A stretch of DNA of 56,622 bases from an uncultured Acidimicrobiaceae bacterium (GCA_964581295.1 CAZONX010000002.1:8788-65409); one strand, 5' to 3'. Positions 18,404-27,678 are shown, numbered from the stretch's first letter. Notes: a model not told the origin generated them from the sequence alone. Program-made: numbers and translations.

Positions 18404-18715
18404 CCAGCGGATCGTGGCGCCGTGCGGTGTCAGTTCGATGGCGATCAGGTCGATGCGCTTGATGCCGAGGCTGCGCGCAGCGCGCAGCGTGCGTGCGCAC
18501 TTCACTTCATCGAAGTTCTCCCAGGGTCGACTGTCCATTCCAAGGGCCGTCTTGACCTCGACGGCGATGCGCTCTTGGACCAGGCGAATCACGAGGTCGA
18601 CCTCATCGCGCCCCACCCGGACGTTGCGATCCGTAACGGTGGCACCGCGGCGCTCGAGGAACCGGGCAGCGATCATCTCACCAGCTGTTCCAACGGTCAT
18701 GCGGCGCGTCGACAT
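18386..18715 (-). CDS. yraN: YraN family endonuclease (UPF0102)
   Basis: GEMIAARFLERRGATVTDRNVRVGRDEVDLV ... IAVEVKT is a typical YraN core. Confidence 0.85.
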   Translation of the reverse strand: MSTRRMTVGTAGEMIAARFLERRGATVTDRNVRVGRDEVDLVIRLVQERIAVEVKTALGMDSRPWENFDEVKCARTLRAARSLGIKRIDLIAIELTPHGATIRWLPDVG

Positions 18716-18747
18716 CGCTCCATCATGTCACCGGGGAGTGACGGGAA

Positions 18748-19044
18748 TCAGAACTCCGAAGGGATGTCGGTTTCTTCGATGTTCACGTCACGGAAGGTCA
18801 TCACTCGGACGCGTTTGACGAATCGGGCGGGTCGGAACATGTCCCACACCCATGCGTCCTCGAGTTCGAGTTCGAAATAGACGGATCCGTCGGCGGAGCG
18901 GGTGTTCATCTCAACCCGGTTTGCGAGGTAGAAGCGGCGCTCGGTCTCGACGACGTAGCGGAACATTGGGAGGACGTCGCGGTACTCGCGGTAGATCTGC
19001 AACTCGACGTCGGTTTCGTACCGTTCGAGATCCTCTTCGCCCAC
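18748..19044 (-). CDS. DUF2469 family protein (Rv2901c-like)
   Basis: EDLERYETDVELQIYREYRDVLPMFRYVVETERRFYLAN is the conserved actinobacterial small protein found next to lepB. Confidence 0.85.
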   Translation of the reverse strand: MGEEDLERYETDVELQIYREYRDVLPMFRYVVETERRFYLANRVEMNTRSADGSVYFELELEDAWVWDMFRPARFVKRVRVMTFRDVNIEETDIPSEF

Positions 19045-19106
19045 TCGTGTCTCTCCCGTCAGGTTGACCCGGTGATGCTACCGGGCGTGTGCCGGTAACC
19101 CGGTCG

Positions 19107-19862
19107 TCACAGACCGGCCCATCGCGAGACCGGCCACATGATCACGAACGCCCGCCCGACGACCGTGTCGGTCGACACCGATCCGAAATACCGGCTGTCT
19201 TGGCTCGAGTTGCGGTTGTCCCCCATCACGAACATCTCACCTGCTGGCACCACGATCGGGCCGAAGTCCGGCATCAGCGATCCCGGCTTCAGATACGGCT
19301 CGTCGATCGGCTGGCCGTCGATGAATACCTGGTTGTCGATGATCTCGACACGCTCCCCCGGAAGGCCGATCACCCGCTTGATGAACTCGGTTCGGGGAAC
19401 GGATAGGCCGATCGCTTCGGTGATGCTGCGGCGAGCCGCTTGTGGCAGCGATTCTTGTGGTGCCTCGTCGGCTCGCGGATCGTCGAACACCACCACGTGC
19501 CCGCGGTGCAGGTCTCCGAAACGGTATGCGAGCTTGTTCACCATGACCCGGTCGTTGATCAGGAGCGTGTCCTCCATCGACGACGAGGGGATCCAGAAGG
19601 CCTGGAACAAGAACGTCTTGATGACGACGGCGATGGCGAGCGCAGCAATGATGAGCAGCGGCAACTCAAGCCAGAACGGCAGCGCGTGCTTCTTGGGCGC
19701 GGGCCCGTCTTCAGTTTCTGTGGGTACGGCAACGGGGCCTAGATCGGGCGCTGTCACGGGTTCCACCCTACCGCCGGGTCCGTCCAATTCGTCGCTCACG
19801 ATCGGCCTCCGAGGTACTCGTGCCACAGCAGCCGCGCCGCGATTGCTCGATGGGGCCGCCAC
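19107..19862 (-). CDS. lepB: Signal peptidase I
   Basis: Box B SSSMEDTL, box D/E GDNRNSSQDSRYFG, and an N-terminal TM. The start may be downstream of 19862, which overlaps the upstream gene. Confidence 0.9.
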   Translation of the reverse strand: MAAPSSNRGAAAVARVPRRPIVSDELDGPGGRVEPVTAPDLGPVAVPTETEDGPAPKKHALPFWLELPLLIIAALAIAVVIKTFLFQAFWIPSSSMEDTLLINDRVMVNKLAYRFGDLHRGHVVVFDDPRADEAPQESLPQAARRSITEAIGLSVPRTEFIKRVIGLPGERVEIIDNQVFIDGQPIDEPYLKPGSLMPDFGPIVVPAGEMFVMGDNRNSSQDSRYFGSVSTDTVVGRAFVIMWPVSRWAGL

Positions 19863-20353
19863 GCCATCGCCCGTTCATCCGCCGATTTGGCATCCGGGAC
19901 ATCCGGCAGGTCGTAGACCCGGCCCATCGAAACCTGAAGGGCCCGGTCACCCGGTGGCCAGGCATCAGGGCGGCGCAGGACGAACAGCAGGTAACAGGCG
20001 GCGGTCCATGGGCCGACCCCGCGGATCTGGATCAGCCGGTCCATGGCCACATCGTCGGGAGCCGCCTCGAGCGAGTCGAGATCGATCGTCCCTTCGACCA
20101 CCCCGGTGGCGAGGCCTCGCGCGTATCCGGCCTTCTGTCGCGAGAAGCCGATGACCTTGAGCTGGGTGTCATCGAGGACCAGGACTGCCGTCGGCTCGAC
20201 CGCGCCGATGGTCGCCTCCAGTTTGCGGAACGCTGCATCGGCCGATGCGAGCGACACTTGCTGTTCGAGGATGAGGCGCAGCATCGTTGCGAAACCGGGT
20301 TCGCGTGCCCACAGCGGAGGAACTCCGTTGCGGCTGGCCAAACCACCCAGCAC
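19796..20353 (-). CDS. HhH-GPD DNA glycosylase (3-methyladenine glycosylase II-like, catalytic domain only)
   Basis: ILEQQVSLASADAAFRKL ... IRGVGPWTAACYLLF ... WPPGDRAL ... WRPHRAIAARLLW. Confidence 0.8.
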   Translation of the reverse strand: MLGGLASRNGVPPLWAREPGFATMLRLILEQQVSLASADAAFRKLEATIGAVEPTAVLVLDDTQLKVIGFSRQKAGYARGLATGVVEGTIDLDSLEAAPDDVAMDRLIQIRGVGPWTAACYLLFVLRRPDAWPPGDRALQVSMGRVYDLPDVPDAKSADERAMAWRPHRAIAARLLWHEYLGGRS

Positions 20354-20472
20354 CGGATCGAGTTCGGCGAGTGCGGTCGTGCCGGCGGCCAGAGCCGCAT
20401 CGTCGAGTGGCGCGACAACGACCCGCCGGTTCGACGGGCCGTGTTCGATGGCGCTGTGCCGGTCGGGACCGG

Positions 20473-20817
20473 TCAGTCGCGCTTCTCCTTGATCCGCGTC
20501 GCCTTACCGACACGGTCACGGAGGTAGTAGAGCTTCGCCCTGCGGACATCGCCGCGGCGGAGGACTTCAATAGTCTGAATGATCGGGGCGTGCACGGGGA
20601 AGATACGTTCGACGCCGACGCCGAAGCTGATCTTGCGAACGGTGAACGTCTCGCGGATGCCGCCACCCTTGCGGGCAATGACGACGCCTTCGAACGCCTG
20701 CGTCCGTTCGCGTCCACCCTCGATGACACGCACCTGCACACGCACAGTGTCGCCGGGACCGAAGTCCGGGATGTCGTCGCGCAGCTGGGCGCCCTCGATC
20801 TGGTCGAGCGTATTCAC
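20473..20817 (-). CDS. rplS: 50S ribosomal protein L19
   Basis: GTG 20817 (VNTLDQIEG...) with GGAGGA upstream. The 114-aa product has a typical L19 sequence. The upstream part of the 170-aa ORF-track ORF is rejected. Confidence 0.95.
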   Translation of the reverse strand: MNTLDQIEGAQLRDDIPDFGPGDTVRVQVRVIEGGRERTQAFEGVVIARKGGGIRETFTVRKISFGVGVERIFPVHAPIIQTIEVLRRGDVRRAKLYYLRDRVGKATRIKEKRD

Positions 20818-20894
20818 GGGATCCTCCAAGAGGCGGAAAGAGCGGACCCCGATGGTAGCAAAGCGGAAACCTAAGTGAGAGAGCGACCAGTCAC

Positions 20895-20963
20895 GAGTCG
20901 CCATTTGCCAGCAGAACCAAGCCCGCGGTCTCGGCCTGAGGACTGAGGACTGGCGACTACTCC
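20895..20963. repeat. Family B-type element with (CTGAGGA)2-CTGGCGA heptamers
   Basis: GAGTCGCCA at 20895-20903 pairs with TGGCGACTA at 20951-20959. AAGCCCGCGG box at 20919-20928. Heptamers at 20936-20956. Overlaps the trmD stop and sits in the rplS leader. Confidence 0.7.
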
Positions 20964-21619
20964 AACAAATCCGGCCTTCGCTCACTCGTTCGCGCTACGC
21001 GCTGGGTCTCGCGCCACTCATCGACCTTGGCGTGGTCGCCCGATCGCAGCACCTCGGGCACCACCCAACCTCGGAACTCTGCCGGGCGGGTGTACTGCGG
21101 CTCTTCGAGCATGCCATCGCGGAAGCTCTCGGTCTCGGTGGAGACCGGGTTGCCGACCACGCCGGCCAGCAACCGGGTGACGCCTTCAATAATGGCGACG
21201 GCCCCTACCTCGCCCCCGAGCAGCACGTAGTCGCCGAGAGAGATCTCCTCATCAATGAGGTGCTCGGCCACTCGTTCGTCGACTCCTTCATATCGTCCGC
21301 ACACCAGTGTGAAATCGTCGAGCGTCGCCCAACGGTCGAGCGTGTCCTGATCCAGCGGCCGCCCGGCAGGTGTGAGCAACACGCGGTGTGTCTCTGCAAG
21401 CGGATCGAGTGCCTCGGCGAGGGGCTCGACCATCATCACCATCCCGGCGCCGCCACCGAACGGGGAGTCATCGACCTGGCGATGCACACCCTTGCCGTGG
21501 TCCCGCAAGTCGTGGATCACGACTTCGAGGGTGCCATCACCGCGAGCCTTGGCCACCAGGCTCGTTTCGAGTGGCGATGTGAAGAACTCGGGAAAGATCG
21601 TGACGATGTTGATCCGCAT
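20957..21619 (-). CDS. trmD: tRNA (guanine37-N1)-methyltransferase
   Basis: [13 protein letters not shown] ... GGGAGMVM ... [13 protein letters not shown] ... [11 protein letters not shown]. Confidence 0.95.
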   Translation of the reverse strand: MRINIVTIFPEFFTSPLETSLVAKARGDGTLEVVIHDLRDHGKGVHRQVDDSPFGGGAGMVMMVEPLAEALDPLAETHRVLLTPAGRPLDQDTLDRWATLDDFTLVCGRYEGVDERVAEHLIDEEISLGDYVLLGGEVGAVAIIEGVTRLLAGVVGNPVSTETESFRDGMLEEPQYTRPAEFRGWVVPEVLRSGDHAKVDEWRETQRVARTSERRPDLLE

Positions 21620-21635
21620 GCGCGAGATGGTACCG

Positions 21636-21693
21636 ACTCCGTTCTTGCGTAACTATGGGAAGCCCGCTTCCACTATCTACGCAAGAACGGTGT
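21636..21693. other. Long hairpin between tetR stop and trmD start
   Basis: Perfect 13-bp IR CCGTTCTTGCGTA (21639-21651) / TACGCAAGAACGG (21678-21690), extendable to 16 bp with one mismatch. The apical stem is GGAAG-CCCG-CTTCC. Confidence 0.6.
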
Positions 21694-21695
21694 GG

Positions 21696-22283
21696 TCAGG
21701 GCTCGGTCCGCAGACCGTTCACGAGGAACCCGGCCGTCGCCTCTGCGATGGCGTGGACGTGCTGCTTCGGATCCGGCAGGTCCATCACGGTTCGCCCACC
21801 CGCCATCATCGTCTCCTGGATGAGGCGGCCGACCACGGGACCCGGGAGTGCCGCGAACACGCCGTTCGCCACGCCTGTTCGATAGATGTCCATGACCTCG
21901 TTCGAGAGCGAGTGGTGAGATCCGGCGATGGCTTGCTGTGCCTCGGAAGAGAGTCTTGGCACCTCGGTGTGGAGGATCAGGCCGAGGTGGTCGATACCGA
22001 CGAACTCCACGAACCGCACCGTCAACTCTCGGAGGTGCATGTCCGGCGGCAGGTCGGGCGGAATCTCCGACAGGATCTCGTCAATCAAGGCCGGCAGATC
22101 CCGCTGTACCAACTGCACGAGGAGATCCTCTTTCGAAGCGAAGTGTTCGTAGAACGTGGTGCGGCCGATGTCGGCTTCCGCCGAGATGTCGGCGTGCGAA
22201 GTCCCCGCGTACCCGTACTCGCGGAACAGGTGCGAAGCGACGTCGAAGAGGTGATCTCTCGTCGCATCGCCGGTGCGCTTCAT
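21696..22283 (-). CDS. TetR family transcriptional regulator
   Basis: N-terminal HTH (HLFREYGYAGTSHADISAEADIGRTTFYEHFASKEDL). The start overlaps the cofH stop (ATGA). Confidence 0.9.
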   Translation of the reverse strand: MKRTGDATRDHLFDVASHLFREYGYAGTSHADISAEADIGRTTFYEHFASKEDLLVQLVQRDLPALIDEILSEIPPDLPPDMHLRELTVRFVEFVGIDHLGLILHTEVPRLSSEAQQAIAGSHHSLSNEVMDIYRTGVANGVFAALPGPVVGRLIQETMMAGGRTVMDLPDPKQHVHAIAEATAGFLVNGLRTEP

Positions 22284-24160
22284 GCCGTGCCTCCGACGAT
22301 CCTGATGGACGGCACCGAACCATACAAGGTGGTTCGTTGCCGGGGTGTCCTCCCGATCGATGTAATGGCCGCGGTGAAGTCCCCGGCGTCAACCATTGTT
22401 CCGTGCGAGGCGCCGGCAGCCGCCGAGATGTACTCATCCATCAGCGTTCCGCCAAGATCGTTCGCTCCCGCGCTCAGCAGGGTCAGACCGGTCTCGAGCC
22501 CGAGCTTCACCCACGACGCCTGGATGTTCTCGATGAGACCGTCGAACGCGATGCGCGCCACGGCGTGGACGAGCACGACCTCATCCCAGGTCGGCCCCGG
22601 TCTTGCCACACCGCGTACGTAGATCGGCGCTCCCATGTGCACGAACGGCAGCGGCACGAACTCGGTGAAGCCGCCCGTCTGTTCCTGGATCAGCCGGATC
22701 GTCTCGATGTGATTGGCCCACGCATGGGGGTCGTCGATATGGCCGAACATCATGGTGGCCGTCGACCGAAGTCCCAGATCGTGGGCCGTCAGCATGACCT
22801 CGGCCCATTGCGCGGTCCTGATCTTGTCGGGGCAGAGATAGGCACGCACGCGGTCGTCGAGAATCTCGGCCGCAGTTCCCGGGAGGGTGCCGAGACCGGC
22901 GTCGCGCAGGATCGTGAGGAATTCACGCACCGGCATCCCGAGCGTCGCCGCGCCCTGCCAGACCTCGAGCGGGGTGAATCCGTGGACGTGCATTCCCGGC
23001 ACGTTTTCCTTGATCGCCTCGAGGACGGTGACGTAGAAGTCGCCGGTGAATTCGGGATGGATGCCACCTTGGAGGCAGACTTCGGTAGCACCGCGGTTCC
23101 ACGCGTCGACCGAACGCTCAACAACCTGAGGGACCGAGAGCAGATAGGGATCCTCACGCAGGTTGAGCGATCGGGGTCCCTTCGAGAACGCACAGAATCC
23201 GCACTTGTAGGTGCACTGATTTGTGTAGTTGATGTTGCGGTTGACGATGAACGAGACCGTGTCACCATTCGTGCGCTGCCGCAGGACGTCGGCGGCGGCG
23301 GCGATCGCATCGACTTCGCTGCCCCTGGCCTCGAACAAGCGACGCACCTCATCGCGGGTCGGGCGATGTCCGCCGAGTGAGCGGTCCAAGATGCGGCGCA
23401 GGTCGTCCCCTACGTCGGCTCCCCGTCCCGGAGTCGCGTTGGCCCATGCCTCGTCCGCCCATTGGGCGGAGAACCGTGACGGAGCATGTGGCGCGGGCAA
23501 GTCCTTGCCGGGAGCCCATTCGCCGCGAGGGCGGGCAGTACCCGAACCGTCGATCAGATCGAAGTAGACCTTGAGCACCTCGGGTTCCAGCCGGGCGCGG
23601 GCGTCGTCCACCGTCACGTCGATCGGGATGGCCGTTCGCTCGACGAGCGGAAGCGTGAGGGCATCGCGCAGTTCGCCGATCGCTTCGGTGTCCCATCCGC
23701 GGAGCACGAGATCGCGTGCGCCGTGGTTCACCGCCTCCGCCGCTTCGCCGACGGTGTCGACGAATGCCGAGACCCTGGTGTCAATCCCGGGAAGGGTCGC
23801 GATCGATGACGCATCGCCGACGCCGCTCCGCCCGACTCGAAGGAAGGCTGCCCCTGTTCGGGCGACGGCATCGATCGTGTCCGCTCTGCCATCTCCCGCC
23901 ACGACCGTGATCTGCCATCCGGCGGCGCCCCTCTTTGCGAGAGAAAGAGCGGCTTCCGACCCGACAACGTACGCCGGTGCCGTCACCTCCCCGACTCCGT
24001 TCGAGATCGGGAGCAGGCCGCCGGCCAGCGCAGCGTCACGGTCGGCGGCCGTCAGGTCCTCCACCTCCGCCGCGGTCGACCCTTCTCGCCGCCTGGCGTC
24101 GGCCCAGCGCTCCCGAACTACATCGGCGGGGCGCAATCGGATGAAGGTGATGTTGGTCAT
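22280..24160 (-). CDS. cofH: FO synthase subunit CofH (radical SAM) with ~250-aa extra N-terminal region
   Basis: NRNINYTNQCTYKCGFCAF radical-SAM cluster motif at about aa 315-335. The C-terminal ~380 aa are CofH-like. The start overlaps the cofG stop (ATGA). Confidence 0.85.
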   Translation of the reverse strand: MTNITFIRLRPADVVRERWADARRREGSTAAEVEDLTAADRDAALAGGLLPISNGVGEVTAPAYVVGSEAALSLAKRGAAGWQITVVAGDGRADTIDAVARTGAAFLRVGRSGVGDASSIATLPGIDTRVSAFVDTVGEAAEAVNHGARDLVLRGWDTEAIGELRDALTLPLVERTAIPIDVTVDDARARLEPEVLKVYFDLIDGSGTARPRGEWAPGKDLPAPHAPSRFSAQWADEAWANATPGRGADVGDDLRRILDRSLGGHRPTRDEVRRLFEARGSEVDAIAAAADVLRQRTNGDTVSFIVNRNINYTNQCTYKCGFCAFSKGPRSLNLREDPYLLSVPQVVERSVDAWNRGATEVCLQGGIHPEFTGDFYVTVLEAIKENVPGMHVHGFTPLEVWQGAATLGMPVREFLTILRDAGLGTLPGTAAEILDDRVRAYLCPDKIRTAQWAEVMLTAHDLGLRSTATMMFGHIDDPHAWANHIETIRLIQEQTGGFTEFVPLPFVHMGAPIYVRGVARPGPTWDEVVLVHAVARIAFDGLIENIQASWVKLGLETGLTLLSAGANDLGGTLMDEYISAAAGASHGTMVDAGDFTAAITSIGRTPRQRTTLYGSVPSIRIVGGTA

Positions 24161-25293
24161 GCCGTCGCCGCCTCCTTCGTCACAGCGTAACCCTCGTTAT
24201 CGACCGCGCTGACGAGCTTGGGCCACAGATCTGTGTCGCTCCATTCGGCGTCGACGTACTCCGGGTACACGGGCAGACGCTGTCTCAGTTCGAAGCCCGC
24301 TGCTTCGCTGACCGACCGCAGCCGTTCGAGCTGCGGCCACGGGGCCTCCGGGTTGACCCAGTCGATCGTGAGCGGAGATACGCCGCCCCAGTCGTTGATT
24401 CCTGCGTCGAGATAGATGCCGAAATCGTCGGTGAGATTCGGCGGAACCTGCAGATTCATCTCGGACCCAAAGATCCACCGCGCCACAGCGACGATCGTCG
24501 CGAAGTACTCGGTGGTCGGAGGGGGCACATTGCGCATGCGGGTGTCGGCCTTGGGCTGGAAATTCTGAACGATGATCTCTTGAAGATGGCCGGATCGCTC
24601 CTGGACCGCCGCAAGGGCGAAGAGGCTGTCGACCACCTCTACCGCTGTCTCGCCGATTCCGATCAGCACTCCGGTGGTGAACGGGATCTTCAGGGTCCCG
24701 GCCGTCTCGATGGTGTCCATCCGCGCCGATGGTTCCTTGTCCGGACAATCGTGGTGAGGCATGCCGGGTTCCATCAGGCGCGGCGAGATATTCTCAAGCA
24801 TGAGGCCGAGCGACGGATTCGACCGCCGGAGGGCTTCTTGCGTCGCAGCGTCCATGAGCCCCGGGTTTGCGTGGGGGAAGACGTTGGTCTCGTCGACGAC
24901 GCGTTCCGTGAGCGACCGGACGTATTCGAGGGTCGAGTCATGGCCGGCCTCATCGAGGAACGCGCGCGCTTGCGGCCATCGGTCCTCGGGGCGGTCGCCC
25001 AGCGTGAAGAGTGCCTCCGTGCATCCTCGACGTTCCCCGGCTCGCACTGTTGCCATCACCTCGTCGGACGTGAGGTATGAACCGCCGCCTCCCGGCGGCT
25101 TGGCGAAGGTGCAGTAGGTGCAGCGGTCGCGGCACATCGTCGTTACCGGGATGAACACCTTCCGGCTGTAGGTGACAATGCGTCCCTTGCCGTCATCGCG
25201 CAGGCGTCTGGCCTCGGCGAACAGCGGCGCCGTTGGCGCAGCGCCCGTGAGGAATTGCTGGGCGAGATCGGGATCAGGCGCCGGGAACGGCAT
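24157..25293 (-). CDS. cofG: FO synthase subunit CofG (radical SAM)
   Basis: VFIPVTTMCRDRCTYCTF CxxxCxxC motif; 378 aa; adjacent to cofH. Confidence 0.9.
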   Translation of the reverse strand: MPFPAPDPDLAQQFLTGAAPTAPLFAEARRLRDDGKGRIVTYSRKVFIPVTTMCRDRCTYCTFAKPPGGGGSYLTSDEVMATVRAGERRGCTEALFTLGDRPEDRWPQARAFLDEAGHDSTLEYVRSLTERVVDETNVFPHANPGLMDAATQEALRRSNPSLGLMLENISPRLMEPGMPHHDCPDKEPSARMDTIETAGTLKIPFTTGVLIGIGETAVEVVDSLFALAAVQERSGHLQEIIVQNFQPKADTRMRNVPPPTTEYFATIVAVARWIFGSEMNLQVPPNLTDDFGIYLDAGINDWGGVSPLTIDWVNPEAPWPQLERLRSVSEAAGFELRQRLPVYPEYVDAEWSDTDLWPKLVSAVDNEGYAVTKEAATA

Positions 25294-25393
25294 TCATCGA
25301 ACCTATCACACCCCCGCGTGCTCCGTGACGGTCCGTTGGATCCCTCGATCGTCGATCGCACAGCCAGTCCACGGCGCTCGGTAACCTCGCCGC

Positions 25394-26254
25394 ATGCGCA
25401 TCGCTCCGTTGCTCGTGTCCGTCGCCCTCGCGGCTGCGGCATGCACGAGCACCGATGTGCAGGATGCCACCACGACTACCGAGGCTCTGGCCACGACGTC
25501 GACCGTTGCGTCCGACGCCCCGGCATGCCTCGCCGGCGAGATGCCGTTCGTCGACGATGGCACCGTCGCCGCTCTCGACAGCCAGGGCCAAGACGCCAAG
25601 GCCATCGGCGGCATTCGCTGGTACCCCCTCGAGGGGTGTGAACGCATTGAGATCGAGTTCCTCTCGGCAACAGGCGCTCCGGCGACGCGCATCGGGCCTG
25701 TCGGCGTGTCGATGCTGTCGGACCCCGGCATCGTTCGCGTCGCTTTGGCCGATGCCATCGTGGAATCGGCCGTGGCGGATACCACGCTCGACGGAACGCT
25801 CATCGAACACTGGTATGTGGTCGAGGACGGCGAGGACGGACTCGTCATCGACTTCCACTTGAACGAACGTGCCGCGGCGCGGGCGTTCACCACCACATCG
25901 CCAGCCCGGTTGGTGATCGACATGCGGCGAACCGGGGATGATCGACCCCTGGCATCGCCGCTGTCGAGAGGCGGCATCGTCCTGTTGAGTCCGAAGGGCG
26001 GCGTCGGCCTCTACCCGCTGCAGGTGGCCGGCTACGCGGCGCCAGAGATCGATGCAATTCGCATCCGACTGAGCGATCCGACGGGCGTCGCCATCGACCG
26101 GTCCGTCTCGACGCTTTCGGAGACCCATGTGTGGCATGCCTTCGGCGTCGCTCTGAACGACGGTCCTTCCGGCACCGTCGATCTGCTCGTCGGAACCGTC
26201 GACACCACCGGTGAACCGGTGTTCGGAATCGAAGTCCCCCTGGATCTGCCGTAG
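25394..26254 (+). CDS. Lipoprotein of unknown function (AMIN-like and Ig-like/Gmad2-like regions suspected)
   Basis: Signal peptide plus lipobox MRIAPLLVSVALAAAACTS, a Thr-rich linker, and a beta-rich body. The domain guesses come only from sequence resemblance. Confidence 0.7.
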   Translation: MRIAPLLVSVALAAAACTSTDVQDATTTTEALATTSTVASDAPACLAGEMPFVDDGTVAALDSQGQDAKAIGGIRWYPLEGCERIEIEFLSATGAPATRIGPVGVSMLSDPGIVRVALADAIVESAVADTTLDGTLIEHWYVVEDGEDGLVIDFHLNERAAARAFTTTSPARLVIDMRRTGDDRPLASPLSRGGIVLLSPKGGVGLYPLQVAGYAAPEIDAIRIRLSDPTGVAIDRSVSTLSETHVWHAFGVALNDGPSGTVDLLVGTVDTTGEPVFGIEVPLDLP

Positions 26255-26292
26255 AGAAGGAGCAAGACCAAAACCAGTTGGCTCCAACCCGC

Positions 26293-27678
26293 CTAGCCAC
26301 TCGAAGCGGCGGCTCCGCACAGATTCGGGGCTGCAACAAGCGGTGGGATGTCCAGGTCCCACAGCTCTCTCGCAAGATCGATGGTGGCGACGGCGCGGAG
26401 GGCGATCGAAGGGCCGATGGGAGTTCGATCGGGGTCGTAGCGCATGATGATGATCGATCCCATCGCTGCCGGGCCGATCTCCATGGTGGCATCGGTCACG
26501 CCCTCAGCGTCGACGGCCACCGCCCGCCCGTCGACGAACTGAACACCGACGTGTGCAGAATCGTGAGTCCCTGTGAGCGGCAGCAGCGATCCGCCACGGC
26601 GCGACTCCTGTGTCACATCAACAACGAACGCCTCGAGGTCACGAGCGCTAAGTTCGAGGTCGCCCTCGATCAGCATGCGTTCGATCGATTCGAGTGGTAC
26701 TTCGGTGGCCCGGGAATGCAGGCGGTGGCCGATGCTGAGTCGCGGGTTGAGCTCGGTGGGCAGGAATCCATCCCGCGTGCACACGCCGTCGATTCCGAAT
26801 CCGCCGAGGTAGCCGTGCCGCTCCGCCAGCAGGGTCCCGACCCGGCGCGCCGCCTGACGCATCGTGTCGCGGACGGCTGTTGGCGGATTCCAGAAGTTCG
26901 CGGCCTGCGCGTAGGCGAATTCGGGGAGCGACGCGTGGCGCAGGATGATCATCTCGATCGGCAGAAACACCGCCACTCCGTCGTTCGTGATGAATCCATG
27001 GATCGAGCACGGGATTCCATCGAGGAACGGCATCACACGCACGTCAACAGCATGATCGGCAAACCAATCGACCGCCGGCTTCACATCGGCGGGGCTGCGA
27101 ACCCAACGGGCGTACTCGCCGCCCCCATGCCATCCCTCGGTGTTGTCCGCCACCCAAACCGTGCCGAGATCCGACGCCAATGCGCTGGCAGCGTCGGCTG
27201 CCTCGTTCACCGGCACCACAACCGCGGGAGCGCGTCTGACCCCGGCGTCGTCCCACAGACGATCGACCGTCGTCTTGTCTTCGAGCGCACCCCACGACTC
27301 CGGGCGCGCTCCATAGACCGGCCTGCCGGCCAGGGTCGAGCAGCGGCTGAAGCCGGCGCCGAGCACCTGCGCCTCGTGATCGGGATCGAACGTCTCCACG
27401 GCGGCAAGCAGCTCGTCTGACGGCTGTTCGACCGATTCGAGGAACGCCCGGACGCCTCGCATCACTGTGTCCTCGCTCACCCGGGTGTAGTAGAACCGAT
27501 TGGCCTTCGGTAGGTCGCCCACGCCTTCGACGCCGGCCACGATCATCACCCCGGCAGCGCCCCATTCATCCAGTAGACCGGCCAGCGCGGTTGCCCCCGC
27601 CGCGGCGTCCGCGGCAAGAATCCACTTCCGATCGCGATGAAGGTCGGCGACATCGCTCTTCACCCGTTCGAGGTCCAT
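26293..27678 (-). CDS. ATP-grasp fold protein, function unknown
   Basis: 461 aa with a central VMPFLDGIPCSIHGF ... GYLGGFGIDGV ... LPTELNPRLS pattern like an ATP-grasp C-terminal lobe. Monocistronic. Confidence 0.6.
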   Translation of the reverse strand: MDLERVKSDVADLHRDRKWILAADAAAGATALAGLLDEWGAAGVMIVAGVEGVGDLPKANRFYYTRVSEDTVMRGVRAFLESVEQPSDELLAAVETFDPDHEAQVLGAGFSRCSTLAGRPVYGARPESWGALEDKTTVDRLWDDAGVRRAPAVVVPVNEAADAASALASDLGTVWVADNTEGWHGGGEYARWVRSPADVKPAVDWFADHAVDVRVMPFLDGIPCSIHGFITNDGVAVFLPIEMIILRHASLPEFAYAQAANFWNPPTAVRDTMRQAARRVGTLLAERHGYLGGFGIDGVCTRDGFLPTELNPRLSIGHRLHSRATEVPLESIERMLIEGDLELSARDLEAFVVDVTQESRRGGSLLPLTGTHDSAHVGVQFVDGRAVAVDAEGVTDATMEIGPAAMGSIIIMRYDPDRTPIGPSIALRAVATIDLARELWDLDIPPLVAAPNLCGAAASSG

